Assembly: GCF_964213995.1 (NCBI RefSeq)
Contig: NC_135830.1
Span: 7,006,001 to 7,070,000, forward strand
Length of the DNA: 64,000 nucleotides
Direction of reading: 5' to 3'
Source of the DNA: Mustelus asterias
Lineage: Eukaryota
The position numbers were made by a program, and so were the translations under genes. Of this stretch, positions 25,317 through 37,985 are shown in pieces; the first letter of the stretch is position 1, and the number at the start of each line of letters is the position of its first letter. The notes beneath the pieces were generated by a model. That model did not search any database. It had not been told where the DNA came from and saw only the letters and a program-made list of their open reading frames with translations.

Positions 25317-27340
25317 CAGCACAGCATAAAGGTCAAGCACAGCATTAAAGCAAAAGTTAAAGCATACAAAGCGGCAAAGATTTGTGGGAAGCCAGAGGAT
25401 TGGGACGTATTTAAAAGCGAGCAGAGGACAACTAAAAAAGCAATAAGGGGAGGAGAAGATGAAATATGAGTGTAAGCTAGCTAGTAATATAAAATAAGAC
25501 AGGGAGAGTACTTTTCAATATAAAAAAAGGTAAGAAAGACGCAAGAATTGACATTGGACCACTGGAAAATTAGACTGGAGAAGCAATAATAGGAAACAAA
25601 GCAATGGCAGAGGACCTGAATAGTTACTTTATATCAGTCTTCACGGTGGAAAACACCAGTGGAATGCCAGAGCTCCAGGAGATTCTGGGGGCACAGGTGG
25701 CTGTAGTGGCCATCACTAAGGAGAAGGTTCTGGGGAAATTGAAAGGTCTGAAGGTGGATAAATCACCTGGACCGGAAGGACTACACTGCAGGGTTCTAAA
25801 AGAGATAACTGAGGAAATTGTGGAAGCATTGGTGGTGGTCTTTCAGAAATCACTGGAGGCAGGGAATGTACCAGAGGACTGGAAAGTAGCGAATGCAACA
25901 CCACTGTTTCAGATGGTTTAAGGGAGGCAGCAGACGCGAAATTATAGGCTGGTTAGCCTGGCTTCGTTCAGAGGCAAGACTTTAAATTCCATTATTAAAG
26001 ATGAGACCGCAGAGTACATGGAAGTGCATGATAAAGTAGGCCTGAGTCCAGTACAGTTTTGTGAAGGGGAGGTAATATCTGACAAATCTGTTAGAGTTAT
26101 TTGAGGAGGTAGCAAGGAAGTTAGGTAAAGGAGAGCCAGTGGACATGATTTATTTAGATTTCCAGAAGGCCTTTGACAAGGTGCCGAAAAAGAGACTGTT
26201 AAATAAGTTCAGTGCACATGGTGTTAAGGGTAAGGTCCTGTCATGGATAGAGGATTGGTTGATTAGCAGAAGGCAGAGAGTGGGAATAAAGGGGTCTTTC
26301 TCAGGATGGCAGCCGGTGACTAGTGGTGTGCCTCAGGAATCAGTATTGGGACCACAACTTTTCACAGTATGCATTAACGATTTGGAGGAAGGAACTGAAG
26401 GCACTGTTGCTCAGGTTGCAGATTATACAAAGATATGTAGAGGGACAGGTAGTATTGAGGAAACAGGGGGGCTGCAGAAGGGCTTGGACAGGTTAGCAGA
26501 GTCGGCAAAGATGTGGCAGCTGGAATACAATTTGGAAAAGTGTGAGGTTATGCTCTTGGAAGGAGGAATGGAGGCATAGACTATTTTCTAAATGGGAAAA
26601 TGCTGAGGAAATCAAAAATACGAAGGGACTTGGGAGTCATTGTTCAAGATTCTCTTAAGGTTAAAGTGCAGGTTCAGGAAGGCAAATGCAATGTTAGCAT
26701 TCATGTCGAGAGGGCCAGAATGCAAGAGCAGGGATGTACTTCTGAGTCTGTACAAGGCTCTGGTCAGACCCAAATGGAGTATTGTGAGCAGTTTTGGGCC
26801 CCATATCTAAGGAAGGATGTGCTGGCCATGGAAAGGGTCCAGTGGAGTTTCACAAGAATGATTGCTGAAATGAAGAGTTTGCTGTATGAGGAACGGTTGA
26901 GTCCTCTGGATCTGTACTCGTTGGAGTTTTGAAAGATGAGGGAAGATCTTATTGAATCTTTCAGGATACTGCGAGGCCTGGATAGAGTGGGCGTGGAGCG
27001 GATGTTTCCACTCGTAGGAAAAACTAGAACCAGAGGGCACAACCTCAGACTAAAGGGACGATCCTTTAAAACAGAGATGAGGAGGAATTTCTTCAGCCAG
27101 AGTGTGGCGAATCTGTGGATCTCTTGCCGGAGAAGGCTGTGGAGGCCAGGTCATTGGGTGTTTTTAAGACACAGATAGATGGGTTTGTGATTTATAAGAG
27201 GATCAGTGGTTATGGGGAAAAGGCAAGAGAATATGGATGAGAAAAATATCAGCCATCATTGAATGGCGGGAGCAGACTCAATGGACCGAGTGGCCTCATT
27301 CTGCTCCTATTTCTTATGTCTTCTGGACTTATGGTCTTAT
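25317..27340 (+). mobile_element. CR1 LINE, RT region and 3' UTR, frameshifted
   Basis: KSPGPEG, YLDFQKAFDKVP, GVPQESVLGP; empty site at ~41930. Confidence 0.92.
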
Positions 27341-29156
27341 ATACTGACACACTTGGAATAAAGGACATGCTTCGATTTTTGAAGTAGTAAATCACAAATA
27401 TGCGAATGTAGAACAGCAAATTTTAGGACCAGCTATCGTCCCATCCATCCGTCCACTCTCTGATTTCTGAAGCAAAACATTCAGGCATCCAACTATCGTT
27501 CATCCCTGCATCAACGCAAGTATTCCTTTATTGCTGGGTAGATGGTGGCGTAATATTAATGCCAGTGTACCAGTAATCCAGAAGCCCAGGTCAATGATGT
27601 GGAGACACGAGATTAAATCCGACCCTGGCAGCTGGTGGAATTTGAATTCAATCAATAAATCTGGAATACATACTGACAGCGACCAGGTAAACCTCTCTGA
27701 TTCCCCAATGAAGGAAATCTGCCATCCCTACCTGGTCTCATCAGGATGTGACTGCAGACGGACAGCAATATAACTAACTGGGCAATGCCTTCTGAGATGC
27801 CCTAGCATACCACTCAGTTCAAGAGAAATTAGGGAAAGGGAATAAATGTTGGCCTTTCCAGAGATTCTGACGTCCCATGGAAGAATGAAGTGAAATAAAA
27901 CACAAGCATACATGTTTATCTAGTATAAAATGTATCACCTCTCTGAATCAACTCTCATAATCTGCCGGTATTTTTTCTACATCTATCCATCAATGTTTTG
28001 TTGTGTTGGAGAGATTCATCATTGTTGCTAACAAGGTGCCGGAGAAGCTGAATACTTTCTTTTCCGAAGAAATGGGAAACATTCATAGATGTTTGCAACT
28101 TAAAAATAATTAAATTGCCTCCAGTACTGTTGCTGGGTAGATTTGTTTATAAATAGGCCTCATTGACAATGCTGAGAGTTTGAAGTTGGCTTGCAGCCAA
28201 GTGTTCAGTACTGAGGAAACAGGTTTTTGATTTACCGAACAAACACCCTCAGATGCTTCCTGTAAATATTTTTGGGTATTTGGCAGCAGCCTGGACAGTT
28301 GCCAAATGCTGCGTCGGACAGATTAACGTGAATCTGTAAGGATAACATGGGACTTCGTCAGTTATACAATAAATGTTTTATTCCCAAAAGGAAGGCACAT
28401 TTTAAATGTTTTTTCTTCGAAGCAAATATTTTATATGAATGCACTGTCCATTATGTGATTAAAAAGTATCGGAAACTAGTCAATTGACTTGATGCTATTT
28501 CATTTGTATAGCTTCCAAAGAAATGTCCTTCCAACAATTAAAGCCTCTTTATGACCAACGTATGCTGATGGCCCCAATCCCTCCGTCTCATGAGATCAGT
28601 GTAAAGGCACAAAAATGAAAATAATTAAAACTAAAAGAAAATCATATATCTGCCTTGAACAGCGGGGACTTGGGCATATTCTCAATGTTCTGCACCTCAT
28701 TAAAAACTTATATCTGATGTATAACGTGTTCTGTTGTCCAGCATAATCTGATTTCAATTATTTAACAGTCCCTCTCATAACTGCCAATGAGTGAAGAAAT
28801 GATCAGTTCATAACCTGGTTCAGTGAAAGATAAAGTATTTATTCTTGTGATATTGTGCATTATGCCGCAAAGTCCTGATATCCTGTGTTCCCAATACCAG
28901 CTGCTCGCCAATACAATGATCTGTCATGATTTGGATGCTGAAGGAGAACTTTCCTGATTGCCGTGTTCCGTTCTAATTCATTAGCTTCTTTGTCAAAAGT
29001 CAATGTCAATTTTATGTTTCTCTGTCAACTCAATGCTTAATTATAAGTCAAGAAGTTTTCTTTCACCGTTAATTTTCACAGGGTTAAGGAGCTGTTGGGG
29101 AAATATAAGGTGTAACATTGTATCAGATAAGGAGTTTATTTTGTTAATTTATTAGT

Positions 29157-29405
29157 GGGCGGCACGGTAGCACAGTGGTTACCATTGCTACTTTACAGCA
29201 TCAAGGACTGATGGTTCAATTCCCGGAATGGGTCTCTGTCTGTGTGTAGTCTGCACATTCTCCAAGGATATGCCATTTAGGTTGTTTGGCGATGATGAAT
29301 TGTCCCATAGAATCAAGTGAATTAGCAGGGATGGGAATAGGGCCTGGGGAAGAGCGTTGTCAGTGCGGGCCCGATATGCTCCTTCTGCACTGCAGGGATT
29401 CTATG
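29157..29405 (+). mobile_element. tRNA-derived shark SINE shared with 43781-44093 (inserted before the younger duplication)
   Basis: gggcggcacggtagcacagtgg start; absent from the functional unit at ~54325. Confidence 0.85.
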
Positions 29406-30140
29406 GACATGGGTGCCGCTGGCTGATCAGCATTTATTGCCCACCCATTGTCGAGGGCAGTTGAGAGCTAAACACATTGCTGTGGCTCTGCAATCACAAG
29501 TAGGTTAGATGAGGTAAGGACGGCATATTTCCTGCTCTAAATGACATTAATGAACCAGATAGGTTTTTACACAATCGACAATGATATCATGGTCATAAGT
29601 AGATTCTTAATTCCAGACGTTTTTACTGAACTTAAATTCCATCATCTGCCGTGGCGGGATTCGAAGCCGGGTCCTGAGAACATTAGTTGAGTTTGTGGAT
29701 TAATTGTCTCGCGATAATAACGCTGGGTCACTGCTTCCCTTCTTCTTATATCCAGTCCCAAATTACAGTGATAGCTATCCACACCTGAAACACAATCATC
29801 CCAGCATTAAGTTACATAAATCGATATTAATTCTTCTAATGAATCATATTTCGCTGTAATATGTCAGAGATACAGAATTATTGCAAATCAGACTGACGGC
29901 TTTACCCTGATAATGTAATGTCATCTGTTTATGTCCATTCCCTTGTGAAGAGGTGCAGAAATAAAGGCACTTAATTTACACTGAAATTGTTTCTTTTCTG
30001 TAACAGATGCTCAAATGCAATTTCACCTCTTGGATTAGCAGAGACATGACAATGGATCTCACTGTCACTCCCTCGGTGTTAGTCTGTCTCTGGAATGTTC
30101 CATTGTCAGCAATCAATTCACCAGGAATAATCCTTGGTGT

Positions 30141-30458
30141 TTTTGATACATTTTATTTGATTTCATTTGACTTATTATTATCGCATATATTAGTACACAG
30201 TGCAAATTATTGTTTCTTGCGCACTATACAGTCAGAGCATAACGTATATAGGGAAGGAAGGGAGAGAGTGAATCATGTAATTTTGCACTCATAGCTGGGG
30301 TGTAGAGAAAGATGAACTTAATGCGACGTAGGTCCATTCAAACGCCTTATTGCAGCAGGAAATACATTGTTTTTGAGTCGGTTTATACGTGCCCTCAGAC
30401 TTTTGTATCTTGATCCCGATGGAAAAAGGTGACAGAGTATGTCTGGAGTGCGTGGCGT
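30141..30458 (-). mobile_element. Rex1/Babar-type LINE 3' end inserted in the leader-V intron of VH pseudogene 1
   Basis: The paralog at 44830-45130 encodes RVKNSFFPAAFRLLN on the minus strand, a Rex1-type C-terminal motif. Confidence 0.7.
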
Positions 30459-30491
30459 TTTATTTTCATCGGCTTTTAGATATTTTTACAA

Positions 30492-31002
30492 GTGTGGAAT
30501 CGGAGGTTGTGCTGAGTCAGCGAGAGGCAGAAACTGGGCGTCCCTGAAACTCTTTGAGACTGACTGCAAAGCCAACGCGTCCAATATTAGCAGTATCTGG
30601 ATGTTCCGGGTCCGACAGGTCCCTGAACAGTGTTTACAGTGTCTTCTTCAGTACGATAGTCTTGGGTCAACCTACAATTCCTCCCCCCCAGGGATTCAGA
30701 ATCAATTTACTCCGCCCAAATGCACTTCAAACAACGGAAAGAGAAAATGCTGGAAAATCTCAGCAAGTCTGGCAGCACCTGTAAGGAGAGGGAAGAACTG
30801 ACTTTTCGATTCCAGATTACCCTTTGTCAAAACATTCGAAATGTCAGCTATTTTCTCTCCTCACAGATATTGCCAGGCCTGCTGAGATTTCCAGCATTTT
30901 CTCTTTTGGTTTCAATTGCAGAATCCGCAGTAATTTGCTTTTATACTTCAAACGACATCTTCTCTTTGGAAATAACTGAAAACCGAAGATTTCTATCTTT
31001 AC
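30492..31002 (+). pseudogene. IGHV: IgM-type VH pseudogene 1 (no leader, mutated acceptor, stop and frameshifts, insertion, no RSS)
   Basis: VESEVVLSQREAETGRP*NSLRLT/CKANASNISSIWMFRVRQVPEQCLQCLL..PGIQNQFTPPKCTSN [212-bp insert] DIFSLEI..KTED; acceptor reads acaa|gt; stops at the YYC position. Confidence 0.92.
30733..30944. mobile_element. Hairpin-like element (Penelope-type terminal repeats in inverted orientation) inside VH pseudogene 1
   Basis: ACTTCAAAC duplicated at 30724-30732 and 30945-30953; arms aaagagaaaatgctggaaaatctcagca... and ...tgctgagatttccagcattttctcttt. Confidence 0.75.
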
Positions 31003-31694
31003 CCTGTCTGTTCTACACAGACTCCAATTCTCCTATGATGAAAATGACTCCTAACCACGACTGAAATTGCCGGGCAGGCCAGTCAGTTGTATCAAAGATG
31101 CTATGGAAAAACAAATAATAAAATCATCCCGAGGGCAGGTTTCAACAAGGTGGTTCACAACCGCCTTCTCAGCAGGGACAACTAAATGTTGGCTTTGTCA
31201 GTGATGATCACATCCGGAGGATCAATAACAACAGTGTAAAGTGCTGCCGATTCTGGAAATCTAAAACTAAAGCAACACAAATGCTACTCAGCAGATCAGT
31301 ATGCATCAGCAGAGAGAGAACCAGATTCACATTTAAAATCGATGCCGGGATGCAAAATCTCATTGATATAATTCTAAAGAGCAAGGCTGATCTCCCCAAT
31401 ATCCTACCTTAATACTGATTCTTCAAACAAAATCACAAATTTACTGGCAATTTATCACATCTCGGTTTGTGGGAGTTTGCTGCAGTACATTACCTGTTGT
31501 ATTTGCACCATGATAGCAGTGACTAAATTCAGCAAAGGTACATCAGTAAGTTTTAAGATCTTTGGGACTACATGAAGTCGGGTAAAGTGTTGTATAAATG
31601 TAAGCTCTACCAAAATGAAAGTTGTAATACTTTGGAAGTGCTAGAGATTAATGCGAATATATTCATTCCTCTGCCTGATCATAGCAGCATAAAA

Positions 31695-32156
31695 TCATAG
31701 AATCCAGTGCAGTAGGAGGCCATTCGATCCCTCAAGTCTGCAGCTGCTCTCCAGCAGAGCATCCTATCTTCACCCTACCCCGACAACCAGACATATTCAG
31801 CGGCTAATGTCTCTAACCTACACATCGTTGGACACTAAGGGGCAATTTAGAATCGCCAATCCACCTTGGGCCTGGGAATGATGCCCTGCTGGACAGCTAG
31901 TGCAGACTTGATGGACCGAATGGTCTCCTTCTGCACTGTAGGGACTCTGTGATTCTACGTTGCTCATCCTTGGACTCAAAGGAGCAATTTATCATACCAA
32001 TCCACCTAGCCGTACATCCTTGGACTGTGGAAGGAAACCGGAGCATCGGAGGAAACTCACATGGACATGGTCGAATGTGAAAAACCACACAGTCACCCAA
32101 GGTTGGAATCGAACCCGCTTCCCTGTCACTGTGAGGCAGCAATGCTACTTGTGTCA
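31695..32156 (-). mobile_element. Shark SINE(s) on the minus strand
   Basis: SINE body and CR1-like tail pieces; absent from the paralog at ~15370. Confidence 0.75.
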
Positions 32157-32460
32157 CTTAGTGATAACCACACTGGATTTTTTATTCTTCCCTCGTGTGA
32201 GGAATTATGACAGGAATATTTCACGCATCAGTTCTCTTTGTTTAAACTTGTCTAGTTGAAGCAATTTAGATCATCAATCAAATTAACATTCAGTGGAATA
32301 CCAGCCTGTTCACAGATACTTTATTTATTGTGACATCAGAACTTTCAGGACAAATTCTTAAATAGAATGTATTTATTCATTTAATTAAATAGCATCTGGT
32401 GTAATGTATGTTAAAAAAGATTTCTATTCCTTTTGAACCAACTGTTAATATTCTTAAAAT

Positions 32461-32670
32461 AACCGCTATTTTGAGTTGAAACTAATGAATAAATGACGGT
32501 TTATCTGTTTTTGCTGCCATGAACATTTCATTGTAAACAGTGAGGTATTTATGTAAATAAACACAGAAATAGAAATCCCAGATTAGATTGTTGACTGACA
32601 AAAACACAACAAATATTTCCCCACCAACACAGCACAGAAATAAGACAAACATGCAAATCGATCAACGGAT
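32461..32670. promoter_or_regulatory. Conserved non-coding block, copy 2
   Basis: ATGCAAAT 32651-32658; GTAAACA, TAAACA and GAAATAGAAA motifs. Confidence 0.5.
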
Positions 32671-32974
32671 TCCAGAAATGATTGTTTTTATACATTAGTT
32701 ATTCATCAATTATACGAGGAAAAAATCATGACAATATCTATATTCAGAATTAGGAAAGAATCCCTCTGATCCCGAAATATGATAAAACGGCAAATGTGTT
32801 CGTGGAAATTCCCTGTGTTTCATCTCTCTCTCTCTGTCTTTCTCCTTCTGATTCTGTGTCTTGTCTCTTCACGATAGTTCATCGTCTTCCCTCCACAACC
32901 TGAATTCAATGTTGCCCAATGTATTCTCTCAGCCAGAGTAGTAAGGAATGCAACGCAATGAATTGGAATCCATG

Positions 32975-33600
32975 AGGGAGATTTACTCTAAAAGATCTCT
33001 TGAGCATTCTATGATCTTGGGATATTTTATACATTTTCCTCTGTATCTAACCTGTGTTGTACCTCGTAACAAGGATTCGATGTGGCAGTACCAAATAAAT
33101 TTTCCCTGCCCTTGGACTGTTTGACTGGACAGTGTAGAGGAATATTTACTCTGCATCTAAACTCACGTACCTGCCCTTTGAATGTTTGATATTACTTGTA
33201 GAGGGATATTTAATCCGTATCTAATCTCTGCTGTACCTAACCTGAGTGTATTTTATGAGACTGTGCCGAGGGATCTTCCCCCTCTACCGAACACCAATTC
33301 AAACTTGCCTCCCGATTCTCTGAAGGAAAAATGCAGAAGTGGTTTTACCGAGAAGAGAGTCCCTGGTCTGTATGTCTTTATTGTGTTTGAGCAGACTTTG
33401 TAGAGGGAGTTTCACTCTGTTTCTAGACAATCTACCTTTTCCAGGAATGTTTGATTTTGATAGTGAGAGGGAGGTTCACTTTGTATCTAAATCATGCTAT
33501 TCCTGCCTTGGGAGTGTTAAATTTGGCAATGCATGGGGGAACTTAACAGCTAACCCCTTGTTACTCCTGTCCTGTGAATTTTTGATGGGGCAGTAGGCCG
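32975..33600 (+). repeat. Degenerate shark ~60-bp satellite
   Basis: Repeated gagggagtttcactctgtatctaa..gaatgtttga words. Confidence 0.7.
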
Positions 33601-34768
33601 TCTCTCCACATTTCATGGGGGTTGAACAAGTCTCTTTATTAGACAGTAAATTTACCCTGCATCAGCTTCTATTATATAAGGTCATACCTCGGTTTATGTT
33701 GCACTAGACCCTATCTCTACACATATTAAACCAGATGCTTTCTCTAACTATACTAAATTAGACCTTGTCCCTGTTTGTATTATGCATCACCATGTTTCAG
33801 TTTATTTCAAACTAGACGCGGTGTCAGTTTGTATTAATTTAGACCTGTCTGTTTGTATTAAAATAGATGGAGTCTTATTCCTGCACTTGACCTTATCCAC
33901 GTTTATATTGAATTGGACATGGTCTCAGTTTTTACTGCACTGGACAATGCCAGTAATGAGGAAAGTGTTTAGGGGGACACAATTCTCTGCATCCTCCTGA
34001 ACATGGAATGCTATGAGGTCTTGGGCACTGGAAAAGAAGCAGTGTTATCTGAAATCTACTTCTGCTGACTGCATTGAAAATGGATACTAAGACCTGTATA
34101 GCATGCACTGTCAACACAGAACAAAGAACAAGAAAAGTTACTGCAGAGGCACAGGTCCTTCAGCACTGGAAGCCCACACCGACCAAATACTGTCGATCCA
34201 ACACTGCCTGTTTCAGAATCCTGCCAGAGACCACTGTTTTTCATCCAACATAATATCTCTTCTTCTCGAGAACCGCGGAGAAATGCAGACATAATTCAAA
34301 TAGAGGCAAAGTTAAGTGCAGGCATAACACTAACACAGTCCAGTGAAATATGTACAGGGTCAGGATCAAATATTACTTAACCAGAGAGTGTGGCTAGTGC
34401 AATATAAACTGATTTCTAGTCTAGCAGTGTATTAACAGAGACAGACTCTAATTTAACATAAACGGGGTCCTGATCCAGCAAAATAGAAATGGGTTCGTTC
34501 CGAGTGCCATGTGGGGATGGTCAAAGGCCAAATGCTGATCTTTTCAGTGACACCCACATCCCATGAAACAAACATTTCAAAGATATATGACAATGTCGAG
34601 GAAAATAAAACTGAGACAGTGTCTAGTGCGGTTTTACTGCACATAGGAGCTTGTGCATATAAACTGAGACAGAGCCCAGTAATTAATGATACTGGACCTA
34701 AATTTCTTTAGACTGAGACGGAGTCAAGTGCATTAATAATAATTACTAATAGATACAGGACAGTGACA

Positions 34769-35020
34769 GATGTAAACTGAGACAGAGTCCAGTGTATTAG
34801 TAATGATTACTGGTACAGTACCTAGACTGATGTAAACTGAGACAGAGTCCAGTGTATTAGTAATGATTACTGATACAGTTCCTAGACTGATGTAAACTGA
34901 GACAGAGTCCAGTGTATTAGTAATGATTACTGATACAGTTCCTAGACTGATGTAAACTGAGACAGAGCCCAGTTTATTTGTAATAATTACTGGGACAGGG
35001 CCTAGACTGATACACACTGA
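34769..35020 (+). repeat. Near-perfect 60-bp tandem repeat, about 4 units, within the degenerate array 34280-35470
   Basis: tgtaaactgagacagagtccagtgtattagtaatgattactgatacagttcctagactga repeated in register. Confidence 0.95.
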
Positions 35021-35489
35021 GATATGGACAATGCAGCAATTAGGAGGTATTGCAAAATGCAATTATAGCTCAGACGTGACATAGTCTTAAATAAATAAAC
35101 ACATGGACGGGTGCAGCATTAACGTAAACAGGATCGAGTTTATCAAAATCTAATGAACTCTTAGCATAATATCTGTGACAGAACCATGTGTCATGTATGA
35201 AGCAGTTGCTCCAGTTTAGTATGCAGTGGCAAATGTTCTGAGGCAGTAAGAATTGAGACACGGCCTCTTGTCGGATCAGCAGAAGCATGGCTCAGTACAG
35301 CCATAACTTAGAAATTATAATATAAACAGGGCCTGTGTCTCATATACGAACACCTGATATTGAGCCAAGTGCAGGACAAAGCTTAGACATGACCTCCTGG
35401 AATGTGATCCAGGCGCAGCCTACTGTAATATAGACAGACGCAGAAGCTAGCTGAATATAGGCAGAGATATGGTATATTTAAAATTGTTT

Positions 35490-36370
35490 CATGTGATTTT
35501 GATGTCACTGGGAAAGTCAGCTTTTGTTGTCAAACCATGAATTCCTTTGAGAATATGGCGGCAGGCTTTGGGAAGCTGGTGGGTGGGGTGTTCTTCGAGC
35601 CAGCTACTTTCTCCAGAATGACATTGAGCTTTTGAGTGGCACAAGTCAGGCAAGTAGGGAATATTCAATCATCTGTGTCGGCACATATTTGGTGGGCCGA
35701 AGAGCCTGTTCCTGTGCTTGACTGTTCTGTGATATTTGTTCATACTCCAGCCTTTTGCCTTGTAGATGATGGATAGGAGTTTGGAATTCAGGAGGTGCGT
35801 TGTTCACTGCAGAACTCCGAGCGTCTGATCTGCTCCTGTGGCCACATGATTTAAACGTCTGTCTTCGTTCAGATTTTCACGAATTATAATTCCCAGGATG
35901 TTGATAATGGGCGAATTCAGCGATGGGTAATGCCATTTAATGTCATGGGGAGTGGTTTGGAATCTCCCTCATCGGAGACTGTCATTGCCTGCCACTTGTG
36001 GTGCATGAATGTTCCTTGTCATTCATTATCCAAAGACTGAATGTTTTCTAAGTCTTACTGCATATGGGCACAGACTGTGTCAGTAACTGAGGAGTTGCAA
36101 CTGGTGCGGAACTTTGTGCAATCATCAGTGAAAATCCCACTTCTGAACTTTGATGAAGGCTGAAGCTTGGGGCTAGGTCACTACCTGAAGAATTCCTGCA
36201 GCAATGCGTGTGACTGGCATGATTGACCATCAACAACCATCCTCCTTTGTGCTCAGCATGACTCAGGCAGTGGACTCTGTTCCCCCTGATTCCCATTGAC
36301 TGCAGTTTCGCTCGGGCTCCTTGATGCCACAAACGGTCAGACGCTGTGTCCATGTCAAGGGCAGGCACTC
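35490..36370 (-). mobile_element. Decayed non-LTR retrotransposon RT fragment
   Basis: ALDMDTASDRLWHQGARAKL on the minus strand. Confidence 0.75.
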
Positions 36371-37074
36371 TCTATTCACCTTTTTAATTTATGTTTTTAA
36401 ATCTATATTTGGACTCTTTCCAAATCATTTCTGGAATCGAGTGCTCCGTGCGGGACCCAATTTGAGCATCTTGGTGTGTGTGTGTGTTATGTGAATTACA
36501 TCGTGTTTTATACAAATTAATTCCACAATGATCACTTGCATCCTTCCATTTACACTACATGTAGGACACACAATAAACACATCCAATTCAGATTGGCTTC
36601 CTTTACATATGTCACCTTTTCTAATGATTGAGGAGGCCAATTTTTGAAAAGTTAGTTCTGCCACAAGTGCTGCCCATTAAGCTACCATTCGTCATTGTGT
36701 GTTATCGTTTTTGTATCATGAATGGATATTAGGAGCTTTGGTGTAGAGCCAGTTATCACCAAAATCCTGTATTCCTTGCCCTGCTGACGGTGTTGAATGA
36801 CTTCGCGAGATTGGCCGAAGTACGTTAAAGATATGGACACATATGGAACATGGAGAAGTTGTTGGCTGGAGTAAATGTTCCAACACAGTCACTACACTGC
36901 ACATCAGGAACACCCGGTCTGCAAGCAGATGATGTATTTCAAGCGTGACCCCAGCAAAGATCTTACCCGTGATGTTATGACTGAGATATGTTGGTAGTTG
37001 TAATAGTCTCTTCCATCGGTTTACTTTGCAAAAAGTGTGATAAATTTGAATCATGCCTGTCTTATGGAATGATG

Positions 37075-37372
37075 GGTGCCATGGTGGCACAGTGGTTAGC
37101 TCTGTTGCCTCACGGTGCCGGGGCCACTGGTTTGGTTCCGGCTTGGGTCAGTGTCTGTGCGGAGTCTGTACTTTCTCCCCGTTTATGCGTGGATTTCTTC
37201 TGGGTGGTCCAGTTTCCTGCACAGTCCGAAAAGGCATGCTGGTAATGTGTACTGGCCAGGCTAAATTCTCCCTCAGTGTACCCGAACAGAAGCTACAGTG
37301 TGGCGACTCAGGGATTTTACAGTGACTTCATTGCAGTGTTAATGTAAGCCTACTTGTGACATTAATAAATTA
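37075..37372 (+). mobile_element. tRNA-derived shark SINE shared with 50500-50797
   Basis: Same insertion site in both Y-type copies. Confidence 0.85.
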
Positions 37373-37561
37373 ACTACAAACCTTAAATCTTCCAGCAAAT
37401 AAGGAGAATCTCATAAATGTTCAGAAAGATAGTAATTATTTTCACCAATGACCATCCATTCGCAATTTAATAAATGCATTCACTAATTCTCATTCATTCA
37501 CAAAGGTTAGTCTATTTAAAATTACTTGATGGAAGGTGGGCGACTGTCGAGGCTATAATTT

Positions 37562-37985
37562 AATAGAGTCAAAGTTTCGAGTCGGGATGACCCTTTTTTT
37601 TATTTGGGGGAAATTGAAGAGGGTGATGACATTGGGAAATGATGAGGTGGAAAGGGATTAGGATATAGTTAGCGATTGAGATGTTGATTAGGTTAGTTAG
37701 CATGGAGAAGTTGATGATTTTTGGGATCGGTATGTAAATTGATGAAACTTGTGTGTAGCTCGAAATAGTGCATATAATTAAACAGTATCTATTTGAACTA
37801 TTCCCATTTCACAGGAAAGTTATGCAGCTTCTCTGACACCTTGTTAGAAACAATGATGATCTCTCCAACGCATCAGGAATACTCTGCCGAAGCGTCATCC
37901 AGACTCGAAACGTTGGCTCTATTCTGTCTCCACAGATGCTGTCAGACCTGCTGAGATTTTCCAGCATTTTCTGTTTGTTTCCAGT
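37562..37985. mobile_element. Penelope-type inverted-end element, copy A (5' arm truncated)
   Basis: Inverted arms tagagtcaaagtttcgagtcgggatgaccc and gtcatccagactcgaaacgttggctcta; paralog at 51271-51801. Confidence 0.6.

Larger units (their letters stand above)
14685..31003 (+). repeat. Segmental duplication unit X (older duplicate of the region upstream of and including VH)
   Basis: 14685-15360 matches 31003-31680; 15390-15930 matches 32250-32800 and 46000-46400; 27900-30130 matches 53050-54660 plus 55004-55090; ends in VH pseudogene 1. Confidence 0.85.

Noticed and set aside
31003-32400. D or J segments after VH pseudogene 1
   Set aside because: No RSS-flanked segments; the sequence is the start of the next duplicated unit
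34733-35062. Repetitive 109-aa ORF and CRISPR-like periodicity
   Set aside because: Pure 60-bp tandem repeat with no unique spacers, in a eukaryotic context
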